A DNA stretch of 23,110 nucleotides from Candidatus Micrarchaeota archaeon (GTDB lineage Archaea > Micrarchaeota > Micrarchaeia > Micrarchaeales > CABMGC01): positions 1-23,110 of the forward strand of contig DAHVMJ010000013.1 in assembly GCA_027319905.1 (NCBI GenBank). Direction: 5' to 3'. The notes under the pieces were generated by a model, which was not told the origin of the DNA, ran no database searches, and saw only the letters and a program-made list of their open reading frames with translations. Positions 6,842 through 16,179 of the stretch are shown here, piece by piece. The first letter of the stretch is position 1. Each line of letters begins with the position of its first letter. The translations under genes were made by a program, and so were the position numbers.

Positions 6842-8743
6842 ATGCGGCTCACAGACCGTAGATTAAGCTACATAGAGCTCTTCCTGCTGCTCTTGCTGGT
6901 GGTGCTCCAGTCAGGCATAGCGCTTCTTTTCTTCTACATTTCCTCCGGATTGGCAGTTTTCAGCCTAGTCTTCGAGCTGTCGTTCCTTGCGTTCGCCCTG
7001 CTCTACGTTGTTCCCGACAGAAGGCCTGATGGCGAGGGAGCGGCGCCGCGCCTCCTGCACGCGCTGTTCAGCATCGCCATCTTCTCATTTATCATGTCCA
7101 TTCTCACCTCTGGCGCCGCATATCCGGGACTCATGGTCAAGCTTCTCACTTCGATACAGACGCTTGGGCTCTGGCTGGTGCTCTTCATACCGCTTTTCTT
7201 CCTCGCCTTCACAGGCGTCTACTTCTTAAGGAAGGAGCACGGCAGTGAGACTGGCACGAAACTGCTTCTCCTTGCCTCAGTGCTTTTCATACTCATTCTG
7301 TACTACTTCTTCATAATCAACGGCGCCCTCTCCGCAGATGATGAGGAGCTGCTCAAGCTGGTGAGCGTGCAGTTGCTGCTCAACGGCTCAAACCCCTATG
7401 CCACCTCAATCTCCCTCGTTCTGTACCAGCACACAAGCAGCATAGGCGCCACGCTCACCGCAGGCAACACGCTCCTCGGAACCATGGACTACCCTTCGCT
7501 CTTCTTCCTTGCCTCCGCCCCGTTCTACTTCATCGCCAAGCCCGTCATATACAACCTTGTCCACGTGTACATGCCTGCGCAGTTCGTCGTTTTCCTGTTC
7601 GTCCTGCTGGTAACCTTCGCATACCTGATGAAACAAAAGCAGTTGATGCGCCCCCAGCTCACCCTCCTGCTGTTATTCGTGCTCAGCGCAACCGAGCTCT
7701 CATCGATAACCACCTACCTAATGCTCGCCCTCCTTCTTCTTGCCTACGCCAAGATAGAATCAAAGTATGCGTGGCTGTTTCTCGGCCTCTGCCTTTCAAT
7801 TCAGCAGGAGCTGTGGCTCCCTGTCCTGTTCCTCCTAGTGTACTCGCTGAACACCTACGGCATCAGGGCGGGAGCGCGCAATGCCGTGGGGGCGCTAGCT
7901 GTATTTCTCGCGTTCAATGCTTACTTTATTCTGCTTAGCCCATCAGCGTATTTCGGATCGATCTTTGGTACGCTGAACCAGCCGATCTTGCCGTTCAATC
8001 CGTCCCCGTTCGCGTTCTTCATGCTGAGCTCCTACCAGCTTCCTCTCGCCTCCTACTCGCTCCTCTTCGAGGCGATAGCCGTGTTTCTGCTTCTCGTCTT
8101 CCTATACCTGAACAAGAAGGAGCTCATTCCGCTGTTCAGCCTAATCCCGTTCCTGGTGCTCGATCACATACTTGTTTCGTATTACGCCTTCTTCCTGTTT
8201 CTTTTCATATTCGCCATAGCGACCGCAGACGGTGCCAGGCGTAGGGGTATCGTCGAAATGTGGCTGCGTAAACACAGGGCGCATTTCTTCTTAGCAGTTT
8301 CTGCCGCAGCGCTTCTCATCATAGGTTTCGTAGCCGCGTCTCACAACACGTATCAGAGGAACTTCGACATAACCGCCACCAACCAGACTCTCTTCATCAA
8401 CACCGCAGGCAGTTCTACGATACTGACCTCGCGGCTGGCATACCACAATATGAGCAACGACACGCTGTACGTTTTTGCGTTCAAGTATGCGGGCATATCC
8501 GCCGGTTTCTCCGGTCTCATAAACCAGAGCATAATAAGCAACCCGCAGGCATGCCTGCCTAGCGACTATAGGTGCCTGATAAACGTCAACAAGATAATGC
8601 TGCCGAACAGCTCTGGCGTATATCCGCTTAGTCTGCGCATAAACTGGTCCAAAGACAACGGTGAGGTGAGCCGCGCAGCTGTCGCCCTGTACAACAGCAG
8701 CTACTTCTACGTCTCGGGCAGCATTGGCAACAGCTCAGGCTAG
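6842..8743 (+). CDS. Polytopic membrane protein, GT-C fold (GT87/DUF2029-like) glycosyltransferase candidate with C-terminal extracellular domain
   Basis: Many TM helices. An external loop carries acidic DDEE, then LLNGSNPY and DYPSLFF, and later GLCLSIQQELW, which resembles GT-C enzymes. The C-terminal domain is rich in N-x-S/T. Start GTG 6833 or ATG 6842. Confidence 0.6.
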   Translation: MRLTDRRLSYIELFLLLLLVVLQSGIALLFFYISSGLAVFSLVFELSFLAFALLYVVPDRRPDGEGAAPRLLHALFSIAIFSFIMSILTSGAAYPGLMVKLLTSIQTLGLWLVLFIPLFFLAFTGVYFLRKEHGSETGTKLLLLASVLFILILYYFFIINGALSADDEELLKLVSVQLLLNGSNPYATSISLVLYQHTSSIGATLTAGNTLLGTMDYPSLFFLASAPFYFIAKPVIYNLVHVYMPAQFVVFLFVLLVTFAYLMKQKQLMRPQLTLLLLFVLSATELSSITTYLMLALLLLAYAKIESKYAWLFLGLCLSIQQELWLPVLFLLVYSLNTYGIRAGARNAVGALAVFLAFNAYFILLSPSAYFGSIFGTLNQPILPFNPSPFAFFMLSSYQLPLASYSLLFEAIAVFLLLVFLYLNKKELIPLFSLIPFLVLDHILVSYYAFFLFLFIFAIATADGARRRGIVEMWLRKHRAHFFLAVSAAALLIIGFVAASHNTYQRNFDITATNQTLFINTAGSSTILTSRLAYHNMSNDTLYVFAFKYAGISAGFSGLINQSIISNPQACLPSDYRCLINVNKIMLPNSSGVYPLSLRINWSKDNGEVSRAAVALYNSSYFYVSGSIGNSSG

Positions 8744-8791
8744 CCAGCATGCTACTATTTTTAATGCTAATGCGTATGTGCTATTGGTTGC

Positions 8792-9523
8792 ATGTCTACG
8801 GTGCTTGAGGACGCGTGGGAGACCTACACGAAGAACATTAAGCTCGTGCTGCTCTTCTCGATACCCTTCATCATAGCCTTCCTCATTCCGCTTCTCGCCC
8901 CGCTGCCTACGTATATCTCCAGCGGCGCGATCTTCCTGAGAAGCGCGAGCATCTTCCTGAACATAAATGCTCTGGGTCTGGCCGTCATAGTCGTTTCGTC
9001 GTTCATCTCCCTCCTCTTCCTCAGCTTCGCTTTCGTGGCGATAAGCCTCATGGTCAAGGCGGAGCGCACCTTCACCAAGCACCTCGCCAGCGCGATACGG
9101 GGCATAGAGAAGTACACGGCGAGGGTCTTCGTTGTCCTGCTCGCTTACGCTTTCATACTCGTGCTCGTCAACATACTCGGCTACTTCCTTGGCATAGAAA
9201 CCGTGCTGACCCCCGTTGTCGGCTTCTTCCTCTTCATGGCCATCTTCTACGCGCCCACGGCCATAGTGATAGACAACAAGAGCATAGGCCAGGCGCTGAA
9301 CCGCAGCCTGGAGCTGATCGGCGAGCGCCCGCAGTACTTCCTCCTCTGGGTCGTCTCCCTGGTACTGGTCGTCTCGGTTGTCGACTTCGTCGTGATACAC
9401 GCGACCGGCACGCTGCTCTCAAGCTACATCATGCTCGTGCTCAACAGCCTCTTCATACTTCCCTATTTCGTGATCTTCCAGGCTGAGGCCTACATGCGCA
9501 GATTCTCGATACTCAAGCACTGA
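8792..9523 (+). CDS. Uncharacterised ~6-TM membrane protein
   Basis: 243 aa, hydrophobic. Pattern VLEDAWETY...FYAPTAIVIDNKSIGQALNRSLELI resembles widespread membrane-domain families of unknown function. Confidence 0.75.
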   Translation: MSTVLEDAWETYTKNIKLVLLFSIPFIIAFLIPLLAPLPTYISSGAIFLRSASIFLNINALGLAVIVVSSFISLLFLSFAFVAISLMVKAERTFTKHLASAIRGIEKYTARVFVVLLAYAFILVLVNILGYFLGIETVLTPVVGFFLFMAIFYAPTAIVIDNKSIGQALNRSLELIGERPQYFLLWVVSLVLVVSVVDFVVIHATGTLLSSYIMLVLNSLFILPYFVIFQAEAYMRRFSILKH

Positions 9524-9530
9524 AAAATGC

Positions 9531-9545
9531 AAGAGCATATTTATA
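9531..9545 (+). promoter_or_regulatory. Candidate promoter of the six-paralogue operon
   Basis: Purine-rich AAGAGC followed by TATTTATA (9538-9545), about 30 nt upstream of ATG 9576. Confidence 0.5.
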
Positions 9546-9575
9546 CGTTAGTATTGAGTTATAGGCGAAGGCACC

Positions 9576-10715
9576 ATGTGGAAGACTCTCGCCCTTTCGC
9601 TCCTTGCGCTAGCTCTGTTGACCGGAATAGCGGGCGCTGCCACAACAAGCCTATGCAACATAGTCACCTCGCCTGTTACATTCGACACGATAGGCATAGC
9701 GCTCATCGCGTTGAGCGTGTCCTTTGATGTTGTGGCCATTGGCTACATAATAGGCAAGATCTTCCCCGACACGAAGGTCAGCCAGTGGGTCGTCGGCGAG
9801 ACCTGGGAGATAACAAAGTCTGTTCTGCTGATAGCCGCGATATACTCGCTCATAGTCTTCATAGGCAACGTGTCGACCTTCCTCGTCTCGCCTGCAGCGC
9901 TTAGCGGCGTTGTTGTTACGGGAAACAGCAACGTGCCCGGCGCCTCGCTGATAGGCGGTGCGTGTGCATACCTCTCTGGTGAGCAGACCTACATCAACAC
10001 CGCATTCCAGAACCTGCTAGCTCTCGGCGGCTCGATAGGCACGCTCGCCAAGCTGCAGATAGGCGCCTACTTCCCCGTGCCTCCCATACCGGTATCCCCG
10101 GTGATCTTCGAGTTCGGCTTCGTGCTTTCTCCCTACAAGAACGGCATGATCAACGTAGGCACGAGGGGCGCGTGGTCGTCGCTTCTTGGCGACATGCTGA
10201 ACCTGGTCGCGCTTCCCGTGGCATTCATAATCTCGATGCAGATCACCATACTCCCGCTGCTCTTCTCCCTCGGTCTCGGCGTGCTGCTGCCCATCGGCCT
10301 GGTCTTCAGGGCGCTCCCGTTCCTCAGGGGGATAGGCGGCGCGCTGGTAGCGATAGCCATAGGCGTGTCGCTCATATATCCCGCCACCCTCCTCCTCTTC
10401 AACTATCCGATAACGCAGGTCCTCCAGGCTGGCGGCACATACAGCCCGCCCTCCGCGAGCTGCTCCCTGGGCATCTTCTGCGGAGTCATAGGGCAGATCG
10501 GCGCCGGCTTCACGGCGATGGGTCTCGCCTTCGCGAGCATACAGAGCGTCTATCCCGCGCTGAACCAGATACTAACGTACGGAACCTTCCTCATGCTCCA
10601 GTTCCTGCTCTTCATACTCGACCTCGCGGTGGTCTACTCTCTGTCCAACAACATAGCCAGGACTCTCGGCGGCACGATCAGGCTCGAGTTCGGAGGGAAG
10701 TTGAAGCTGAAGTGA
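9576..10715 (+). CDS. CedA/VirB6-like membrane protein, paralogue 1
   Basis: Signal peptide; motif A YIIGKIFPDTKVSQWVVGETWEITKS; motif B LPIGLVFRALPFLRGIGGALVAIAIGVSLIYP; terminal IARTLGG. Confidence 0.65.
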   Translation: MWKTLALSLLALALLTGIAGAATTSLCNIVTSPVTFDTIGIALIALSVSFDVVAIGYIIGKIFPDTKVSQWVVGETWEITKSVLLIAAIYSLIVFIGNVSTFLVSPAALSGVVVTGNSNVPGASLIGGACAYLSGEQTYINTAFQNLLALGGSIGTLAKLQIGAYFPVPPIPVSPVIFEFGFVLSPYKNGMINVGTRGAWSSLLGDMLNLVALPVAFIISMQITILPLLFSLGLGVLLPIGLVFRALPFLRGIGGALVAIAIGVSLIYPATLLLFNYPITQVLQAGGTYSPPSASCSLGIFCGVIGQIGAGFTAMGLAFASIQSVYPALNQILTYGTFLMLQFLLFILDLAVVYSLSNNIARTLGGTIRLEFGGKLKLK

Positions 10716-10719
10716 AAAC

Positions 10720-11928
10720 ATGATCGGTTTCCTGTTGGCTACATCGTCTTCCGCGTCCGCATGCGGCTTCACCCAGCTCAACATCTCCAACTGGCTCGGC
10801 ATAAACTCGCTGGTCATACTCGCCATAATAACGATAGCGGCGTTCGTGTATACGCTCGCCAACCTTCTTCCCGGAGAGAGGGGGCAGAAGCTCAAGGGCG
10901 CCGCGAACTATGAGATAATAGAGGCGATGCTGAGCATAGTGCTCATAATAGTGCTTCTGCTGCTCGTCTCTGCTGAGTGCAGCGTCGGCCCCGCGCTCGT
11001 TGGCAGCAACGGCTACACCGGCGTCTTCGGCGCCGACGACACATATCTTGGCAACCTCCTCTTCCTCAACGGCCTGAACATAGTCAGCAACTTCTACACG
11101 ACCTCGATACAGTTCGTAACGGTGGCGAACATCTGGTACTTCGGCTCGACGCAGGTGGCCGACCTGCTGGGCACCAAGACGTTCAGCCCCAAAGGCGTGC
11201 AGATGAAGATGAGCGTTTCAAGCTCCATAGACATACTGTTCACCGAGTTCTCGGAGCTCTTCACCGCGATATACAGCGGACTGCTCATAGTCACTTTCGG
11301 AGGCCTCTTCATCCTCTTCCTGACACTGCCGATCGTCCAGGCCGGAGCGTTCAACGTAGTCATACCCATAGCCATAGTGATGCGCGCCATACCCTTCGCT
11401 GGACCGCAGCTCAGGCGCACGGCGAACACGTTCATCGCCCTTGCCATCGGCTTCTTCCTCGTCTTCCCGCTCACCATAGCGTTCGACTCGTACGTCGCTT
11501 CCTGCCTCAGTATGCCGTTCGGCGGCGGAGCCGCGCAGTGCAACGCATCCGTGAACTATCCTTTCTTCGCCAACGCCCTCTCGGGCTATGACGGCGCGGT
11601 CACCGCGATAACATCCAACTCCGTATCGATATTCACCGTCGGCAGTAGCACGGCGCAGAGCGGCCAGGTCCCGAGCGACCTGAATGGCCTAAGTCTGCCC
11701 ACAACCTTCTTCGGCACCTCCTTCGCCAACTACGGCCAGTTCTTCACCGAGCTGTATGATGCGCCGCTTGTGGCGGAGCAGTACGGCAGGGCGATAGCAG
11801 ACTATGTCTTCCTCGGCGTCTTCCTGCTGGCGATAGACATGGCGATAACGATGGGATTCGTGATCAGCGTTGCAAAGGGACTCAACAACATAAACCAGGT
11901 ATTCGGCAGCGGGCCTGTTCTGGAATGA
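10720..11928 (+). CDS. CedA/VirB6-like membrane protein, paralogue 2
   Basis: Motif A YTLANLLPGERGQKLKGAANYEIIEAMLS; motif B IPIAIVMRAIPFAGPQLRRTANTFIALAIGFFLVFP. Confidence 0.65.
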   Translation: MIGFLLATSSSASACGFTQLNISNWLGINSLVILAIITIAAFVYTLANLLPGERGQKLKGAANYEIIEAMLSIVLIIVLLLLVSAECSVGPALVGSNGYTGVFGADDTYLGNLLFLNGLNIVSNFYTTSIQFVTVANIWYFGSTQVADLLGTKTFSPKGVQMKMSVSSSIDILFTEFSELFTAIYSGLLIVTFGGLFILFLTLPIVQAGAFNVVIPIAIVMRAIPFAGPQLRRTANTFIALAIGFFLVFPLTIAFDSYVASCLSMPFGGGAAQCNASVNYPFFANALSGYDGAVTAITSNSVSIFTVGSSTAQSGQVPSDLNGLSLPTTFFGTSFANYGQFFTELYDAPLVAEQYGRAIADYVFLGVFLLAIDMAITMGFVISVAKGLNNINQVFGSGPVLE

Positions 11929-11932
11929 GTGG

Positions 11933-13882
11933 ATGAAAACAGAAATGACGATATTGGCGTTCGCGCTCTCCTGCGTGTTCCTAGCCTCTGTTCTGTCCGC
12001 GGCGAGCACCACGTCGTTCATCTCCACATACTCAGAGTTCCAGTACTGGATACCTGTGATCATGCTTGCTGTACTCGTCAGCGTCATGATAACTGCGATC
12101 TACTACGTCATCGGGGTGATACTCGATAGCAAGAAGGTCAAGGGTGCGGCGGTGAGCGAACTGGGGCAGGCGATAGGCACAGGCGTGCTGGTGATAATAA
12201 TCATAGCGGTCTTCACTCTGGTCGGCACCACTTCGCTCTCGCTCTCATCCCTGGTCGCGCCCAGCGCGCTCTCCGGAGTATGCGCCAATTCCCTTTCCAC
12301 GTCGAGCATAGACCTTATAAACAGCGTCAAAACGATGAACGGCTATGCGACCCCTGCCAACCAGATATGCAGCGCCGTCTCCACCCTCGCAAACTCCACC
12401 GCCGACATAACAGACAGGATAAACTACGGGATGTACGCGAGCTACATAATAATAGCCAACCTGACCAACCAGTCGGCGCACAACATAAACTCCCTGTACG
12501 ACTTCGAGACGTGGCTCGGCTTCCTCGCCAACTTCAGGGCCAACACGCAGATATGCGGCTCTGGAACCCCTCCAGATCCCTGCATACTGCCCTGGGTCCC
12601 GAGGCTGTTAAACATCGCCATAAACTACACCCCGCTCTCCGGATACACCACTCTCACGTCCGTCACGTCCCCGCTCGAGTCAGAGGCAGACCTCACCTTC
12701 TACATACTCTTCATGCAGCTTCTGATAATAACGGTCCTGCTCTATGCATGGCCTTACCTGCTCGCCGCTGGCATAGTGCTGAGATCCACCATGTTCACCA
12801 GGAAGCTTGGCGGCCTGCTGATGGGAATCGCGTTAGTATCGGTGCTCATCTACCCTCTTATGTACGTGATAGAGTACTCATCGTTCACAAGCCAGAACCT
12901 CGGGCCGATAGGAGCCAGCAACCTGCCGAGCAGGCCGCTCTATGAGCAGCAGTTCTCCTCAGAGGGCGGCAATGTCCTTGTCTACGGCTCCGCTGCGCAC
13001 GGATACGTAGCAACCAACTCCCTGTCGAGCATTCCATCAGGCTGTTCCGCAGGCCAGTATGTGTATGAGGCGCAGTGCGGCAACACCATGACCCTGAATT
13101 CAGGCACATGCACCAGCTCCCAGCCACTCCAATACCAGTTCTGCACAGTCGGCGGCTACGTGCCCGCATCAGCACCCAACCTGCACAACTCCTGCTCGGG
13201 CTCGCCGTACGTATACGAGTCCCAGTGCGGCAACCCCGCGACAGCGGGAAGCTGCGCCTCATCTTCGGTCGCAGCGTCGCAGCTCTGCCCGACGAGCGGG
13301 TACGTGCCAGGCTATCTCTTCCCCAAGGCGAACTGCCCGTCAGGGGAGTGGGTCGAGCAGACGAACTGTGCAGACCCATCGCAGGGCTACGTGTCCTCGC
13401 CCAGCACCTCCATCCCTACATGCGTGTCCTACTCTAACATACCCACCGACCCGACCACGGGCCAGCTCGCCCTGTGCAATGTCACGCTCAACTCGAACAT
13501 CAACTTCTTCCAGCTTCCGAGGGCAGACCAGGTGCTCAACTACTACTCCTGCCTTCCCGTAGACGCGTTCGGCAACGTGGACGTGGTTGGGGACGAGGCG
13601 GCATTCTCGGCCTTCTACCTCATCCCTGGTTTCTCTGCTGTGGCCGGAATTGGCTCCGCGGTCACCGGCCTTCCGGTCACGCCGCTCGACATTCTCGGCG
13701 GCTGCAAGCCGTCCAACGCTATCGGCGCGGTCTTCTCCCTCACCAACATGTATGGCGTTACATTCGTATCGAGCATCTTCACGCTGCTGCTTAACGCGAT
13801 AGTAGCGCTGGCTGCGATAGCTGGCATATCCGGACTGATGGGAGGGGACACGAGCATACTCGGTCTCAGCAGGCTGATATGA
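11933..13882 (+). CDS. CedA/VirB6-like membrane protein, paralogue 3, with inserted Cys-rich repeats
   Basis: Motif A YVIGVILDSKKVKGAAVSELGQAIGT; motif B LAAGIVLRSTMFTRKLGGLLMGIALVSVLIYP; three GYV...C...YVYE..C modules; terminal ISGLMGG. Confidence 0.65.
   Translation: MKTEMTILAFALSCVFLASVLSAASTTSFISTYSEFQYWIPVIMLAVLVSVMITAIYYVIGVILDSKKVKGAAVSELGQAIGTGVLVIIIIAVFTLVGTTSLSLSSLVAPSALSGVCANSLSTSSIDLINSVKTMNGYATPANQICSAVSTLANSTADITDRINYGMYASYIIIANLTNQSAHNINSLYDFETWLGFLANFRANTQICGSGTPPDPCILPWVPRLLNIAINYTPLSGYTTLTSVTSPLESEADLTFYILFMQLLIITVLLYAWPYLLAAGIVLRSTMFTRKLGGLLMGIALVSVLIYPLMYVIEYSSFTSQNLGPIGASNLPSRPLYEQQFSSEGGNVLVYGSAAHGYVATNSLSSIPSGCSAGQYVYEAQCGNTMTLNSGTCTSSQPLQYQFCTVGGYVPASAPNLHNSCSGSPYVYESQCGNPATAGSCASSSVAASQLCPTSGYVPGYLFPKANCPSGEWVEQTNCADPSQGYVSSPSTSIPTCVSYSNIPTDPTTGQLALCNVTLNSNINFFQLPRADQVLNYYSCLPVDAFGNVDVVGDEAAFSAFYLIPGFSAVAGIGSAVTGLPVTPLDILGGCKPSNAIGAVFSLTNMYGVTFVSSIFTLLLNAIVALAAIAGISGLMGGDTSILGLSRLI
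13001..13477 (+). repeat. Three tandem ~50-aa Cys-rich protein repeats (third degenerate)
   Basis: GYVATNSLSSIPSGCSAGQYVYEAQCGNTMTLNSGTCTSSQPLQYQFC / GYVPASAPNLHNSCSGSPYVYESQCGNPATAGSCASSSVAASQLC / GYVPGYLFPKANCPSGEWVEQTNCADP...TC...QLALC. Units start at 13001, 13154 and 13298. Confidence 0.8.
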
Positions 13883-15135
13883 TGAGAAAAGAGACGCTGA
13901 TCGTATTGGCCGTCGCCTTCCTGCTTCTTCCCAGCAGCGTCCATGCCGGCCTGCTCTCCAGCCTCACGAACTTCTGCAACACGTCCATCACAGGCAGCGA
14001 GTCCGCCGCCGTATCATCGGGCGGGATAAGCGGTGTTGTGACGATATCCTTGGTGATAGTCCTGTTCATGCTGATGGCGCTCGGCATCTTCTATGCGCTC
14101 GGCTACGGCTTCGGGATAGACAGCGTCAAGAACTTCACAAAGACAGAGATGATGGAGAGCGTCTTCACGCTGGTCATAATCATACTCGTGGGAGCCGGGT
14201 TGGCATTCGCCAGCGGAGCGATGAGCTTCGTGGCCAACCTGGGGCTCAGCGGCATACAGGCCGCAGCATCAAGCTTCTCAGGCTACGTGCCCGCACCACA
14301 GGTTTCTGGGTCTACCTGCTCATCAAGCAGCTATGTCTACGAAACGTCGTGCAGCGTGCCTGGCACCGCCGGTTCGACGTGCTACACGCAGCAGGAGGCG
14401 CGGTCACAGCTCTGCCCTCAGAGCTCCGTCATCGCCATAAGCGGCGCGGGCGGCGCCTACAGGACGATGTGCACCAACCTCGTAGGGAACGGTGTCGCCA
14501 CAGGCATAAACAACATAATCCCCTCGATGGTCACCCTCTTCGTGCTCAACATCTTCAAGGAGACCACGGTGTATGCGATGCCGTACGGAATGGGTTTCAC
14601 GTTCCAGCCGTTCGCAGGCCTCGACCCTGTTATCAACATAGTGCAGAGCCAGCTCAACATCTACTTCGTGGTGATAATGATATACGTCGGCATCAGCTTC
14701 CTGCTGATATTCATCTACAACGTGTTCCCGATATTCCTCTATGGCGGGGTGCTGCTCAGGTCGTTCCCGTGGACCCGCGCGGCCGGCGGGTCGCTCATAG
14801 CCTTCTTCATCGCCTTCTACATCATCTTCCCCGCCATCCTGTATCCGTTCACGCTCTACATCTCGACGCTAAATGCGAACATCGGGGCCATCAGCTCCAT
14901 CTCCGCGAAGAACATCGCTACGCAGTCGTCCTATACCGCGATAGAGGGGCTTGTTTTCGGGGCCGCGATGGTGAGCGAGATACAGGGATTTGCGGAGTCT
15001 GTAGGATACATAGGGGTGCAGATAATAGGAGTTCTCATAGCCTTCCTCATCTCCTACGACCTGGTGGAGGTGCTGGGCGACGTGCTGGGTGCGCCGTCGC
15101 TCCATTCGAGGAACCTGCTTAGCAAGATGATATGA
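13879..15135 (+). CDS. CedA/VirB6-like membrane protein, paralogue 4, with one Cys-rich module
   Basis: Signal peptide; motif A YALGYGFGIDSVKNFTKTEMMESVFT; motif B LYGGVLLRSFPWTRAAGGSLIAFFIAFYIIFP; ATGA overlap with the previous gene. Confidence 0.65.
   Translation: MMRKETLIVLAVAFLLLPSSVHAGLLSSLTNFCNTSITGSESAAVSSGGISGVVTISLVIVLFMLMALGIFYALGYGFGIDSVKNFTKTEMMESVFTLVIIILVGAGLAFASGAMSFVANLGLSGIQAAASSFSGYVPAPQVSGSTCSSSSYVYETSCSVPGTAGSTCYTQQEARSQLCPQSSVIAISGAGGAYRTMCTNLVGNGVATGINNIIPSMVTLFVLNIFKETTVYAMPYGMGFTFQPFAGLDPVINIVQSQLNIYFVVIMIYVGISFLLIFIYNVFPIFLYGGVLLRSFPWTRAAGGSLIAFFIAFYIIFPAILYPFTLYISTLNANIGAISSISAKNIATQSSYTAIEGLVFGAAMVSEIQGFAESVGYIGVQIIGVLIAFLISYDLVEVLGDVLGAPSLHSRNLLSKMI
14281..14418 (+). 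repeat. Single copy of the Cys-rich module in paralogue 4
   Basis: GYVPAPQVSGSTCSSSSYVYETSCSVPGTAGSTCYTQQEARSQLCP. DNA begins GGCTACGTGCCCGCA exactly as at 13154 and ends CAGCTCTGCCC as at ~13280-13290. Confidence 0.8.
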
Positions 15136-16169
15136 TGATCGACTACTTTGTGCTTGCAACGAGCGTTTCGAGCTTCCTTACCTCACCGTACAACTACTGG
15201 GCGCCGTTCGCTTTCGCGTCTGCGGCAGCCGTGATAGCGCTGCTGGCAATAATCATGATGTTCAGCTCATTCACAGGCAGGGAGCGCATGCGCGTCTGGG
15301 CGAAGGTGAAGATATACGACGTGATCTTCTCCATCATGCTGATATTCGTCTTCTTCGTGATCATAGCGCTCTTCACCTCCATCAACTTCAAGACGCAGGT
15401 GTTCGGCCCTCTAAACCTCACGCCCAGCGACTGCTCTGGCCCCTCGGCGGTGGTCAGCGGCGGGGACATCATGTCGCTCGCGGTGTGCGACATGTACACC
15501 TTCAACCAGAACGTCATAAACCTCAACACCGCCATATTCCTCATTGGCCTGCGCATGTCGTTCGCGCCGCAGATAGGAATAGGCTATACTAACTTCTTTG
15601 GTATTCAGGGAGTAGGGGTCGATACAAAGATAAGTCCCTCTGCGCCTGGTTTCGAGACGTTCACCGGATATCTGCTCGACGCGCTCTACACGGCTTTCGT
15701 GATATCGCAGCTGCAGCTCATCATACTGGCCGCAGCACTGCTGATGTTCTCGGTCCTGATGCTGATCGGGATAGTCGCGAGGATATTCGTCATAACGAGG
15801 AGTTTCGGAGGAAGCCTCATAGCGCTAGCCATAGGCACGGGCATAATCTATCCGCTGCTTGTCTGCATAACCTACGGCTACATCAACGTCGGCATGGCCA
15901 AGACCGGCCTGTCGCTCACTGGCGCAGGCGCGATAGCGTTCATCGGCGGCATCACTGGCGCGCTCTTCACCCTGCTGCTCGGCGGACTCGGCGTGCCGGG
16001 CCTGTCTAGCCTTCTCGCCCAGTTCCTGCAGTTCGCGGGCTACGCCGGCATGGGTCTAGTGCTCGTCCCGCTGCTGAACCTGCTGATAGTGGACGTGTTC
16101 GTCATAGACTTCTCCTCCGCCGTGGGAGAGCGAATGGATTTTATGTCCCTGCTCGCAAACATGATATGA
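15132..16169 (+). CDS. CedA/VirB6-like membrane protein, paralogue 5
   Basis: Motif A MMFSSFTGRERMRVWAKVKIYDVIFS; motif B MLIGIVARIFVITRSFGGSLIALAIGTGIIYP; terminal FSSAVG. Confidence 0.65.
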   Translation: MMIDYFVLATSVSSFLTSPYNYWAPFAFASAAAVIALLAIIMMFSSFTGRERMRVWAKVKIYDVIFSIMLIFVFFVIIALFTSINFKTQVFGPLNLTPSDCSGPSAVVSGGDIMSLAVCDMYTFNQNVINLNTAIFLIGLRMSFAPQIGIGYTNFFGIQGVGVDTKISPSAPGFETFTGYLLDALYTAFVISQLQLIILAAALLMFSVLMLIGIVARIFVITRSFGGSLIALAIGTGIIYPLLVCITYGYINVGMAKTGLSLTGAGAIAFIGGITGALFTLLLGGLGVPGLSSLLAQFLQFAGYAGMGLVLVPLLNLLIVDVFVIDFSSAVGERMDFMSLLANMI

Positions 16170-16179
16170 GCCGATAAAG

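Noticed and set aside
13001..13477. Repeats as a CRISPR array or DGR template/variable pair
   Set aside because: The repeats are in-frame, degenerate at DNA level and conserved at protein level. There is no constant repeat-spacer pattern, no adenine-specific mismatch pattern and no reverse transcriptase in the window.
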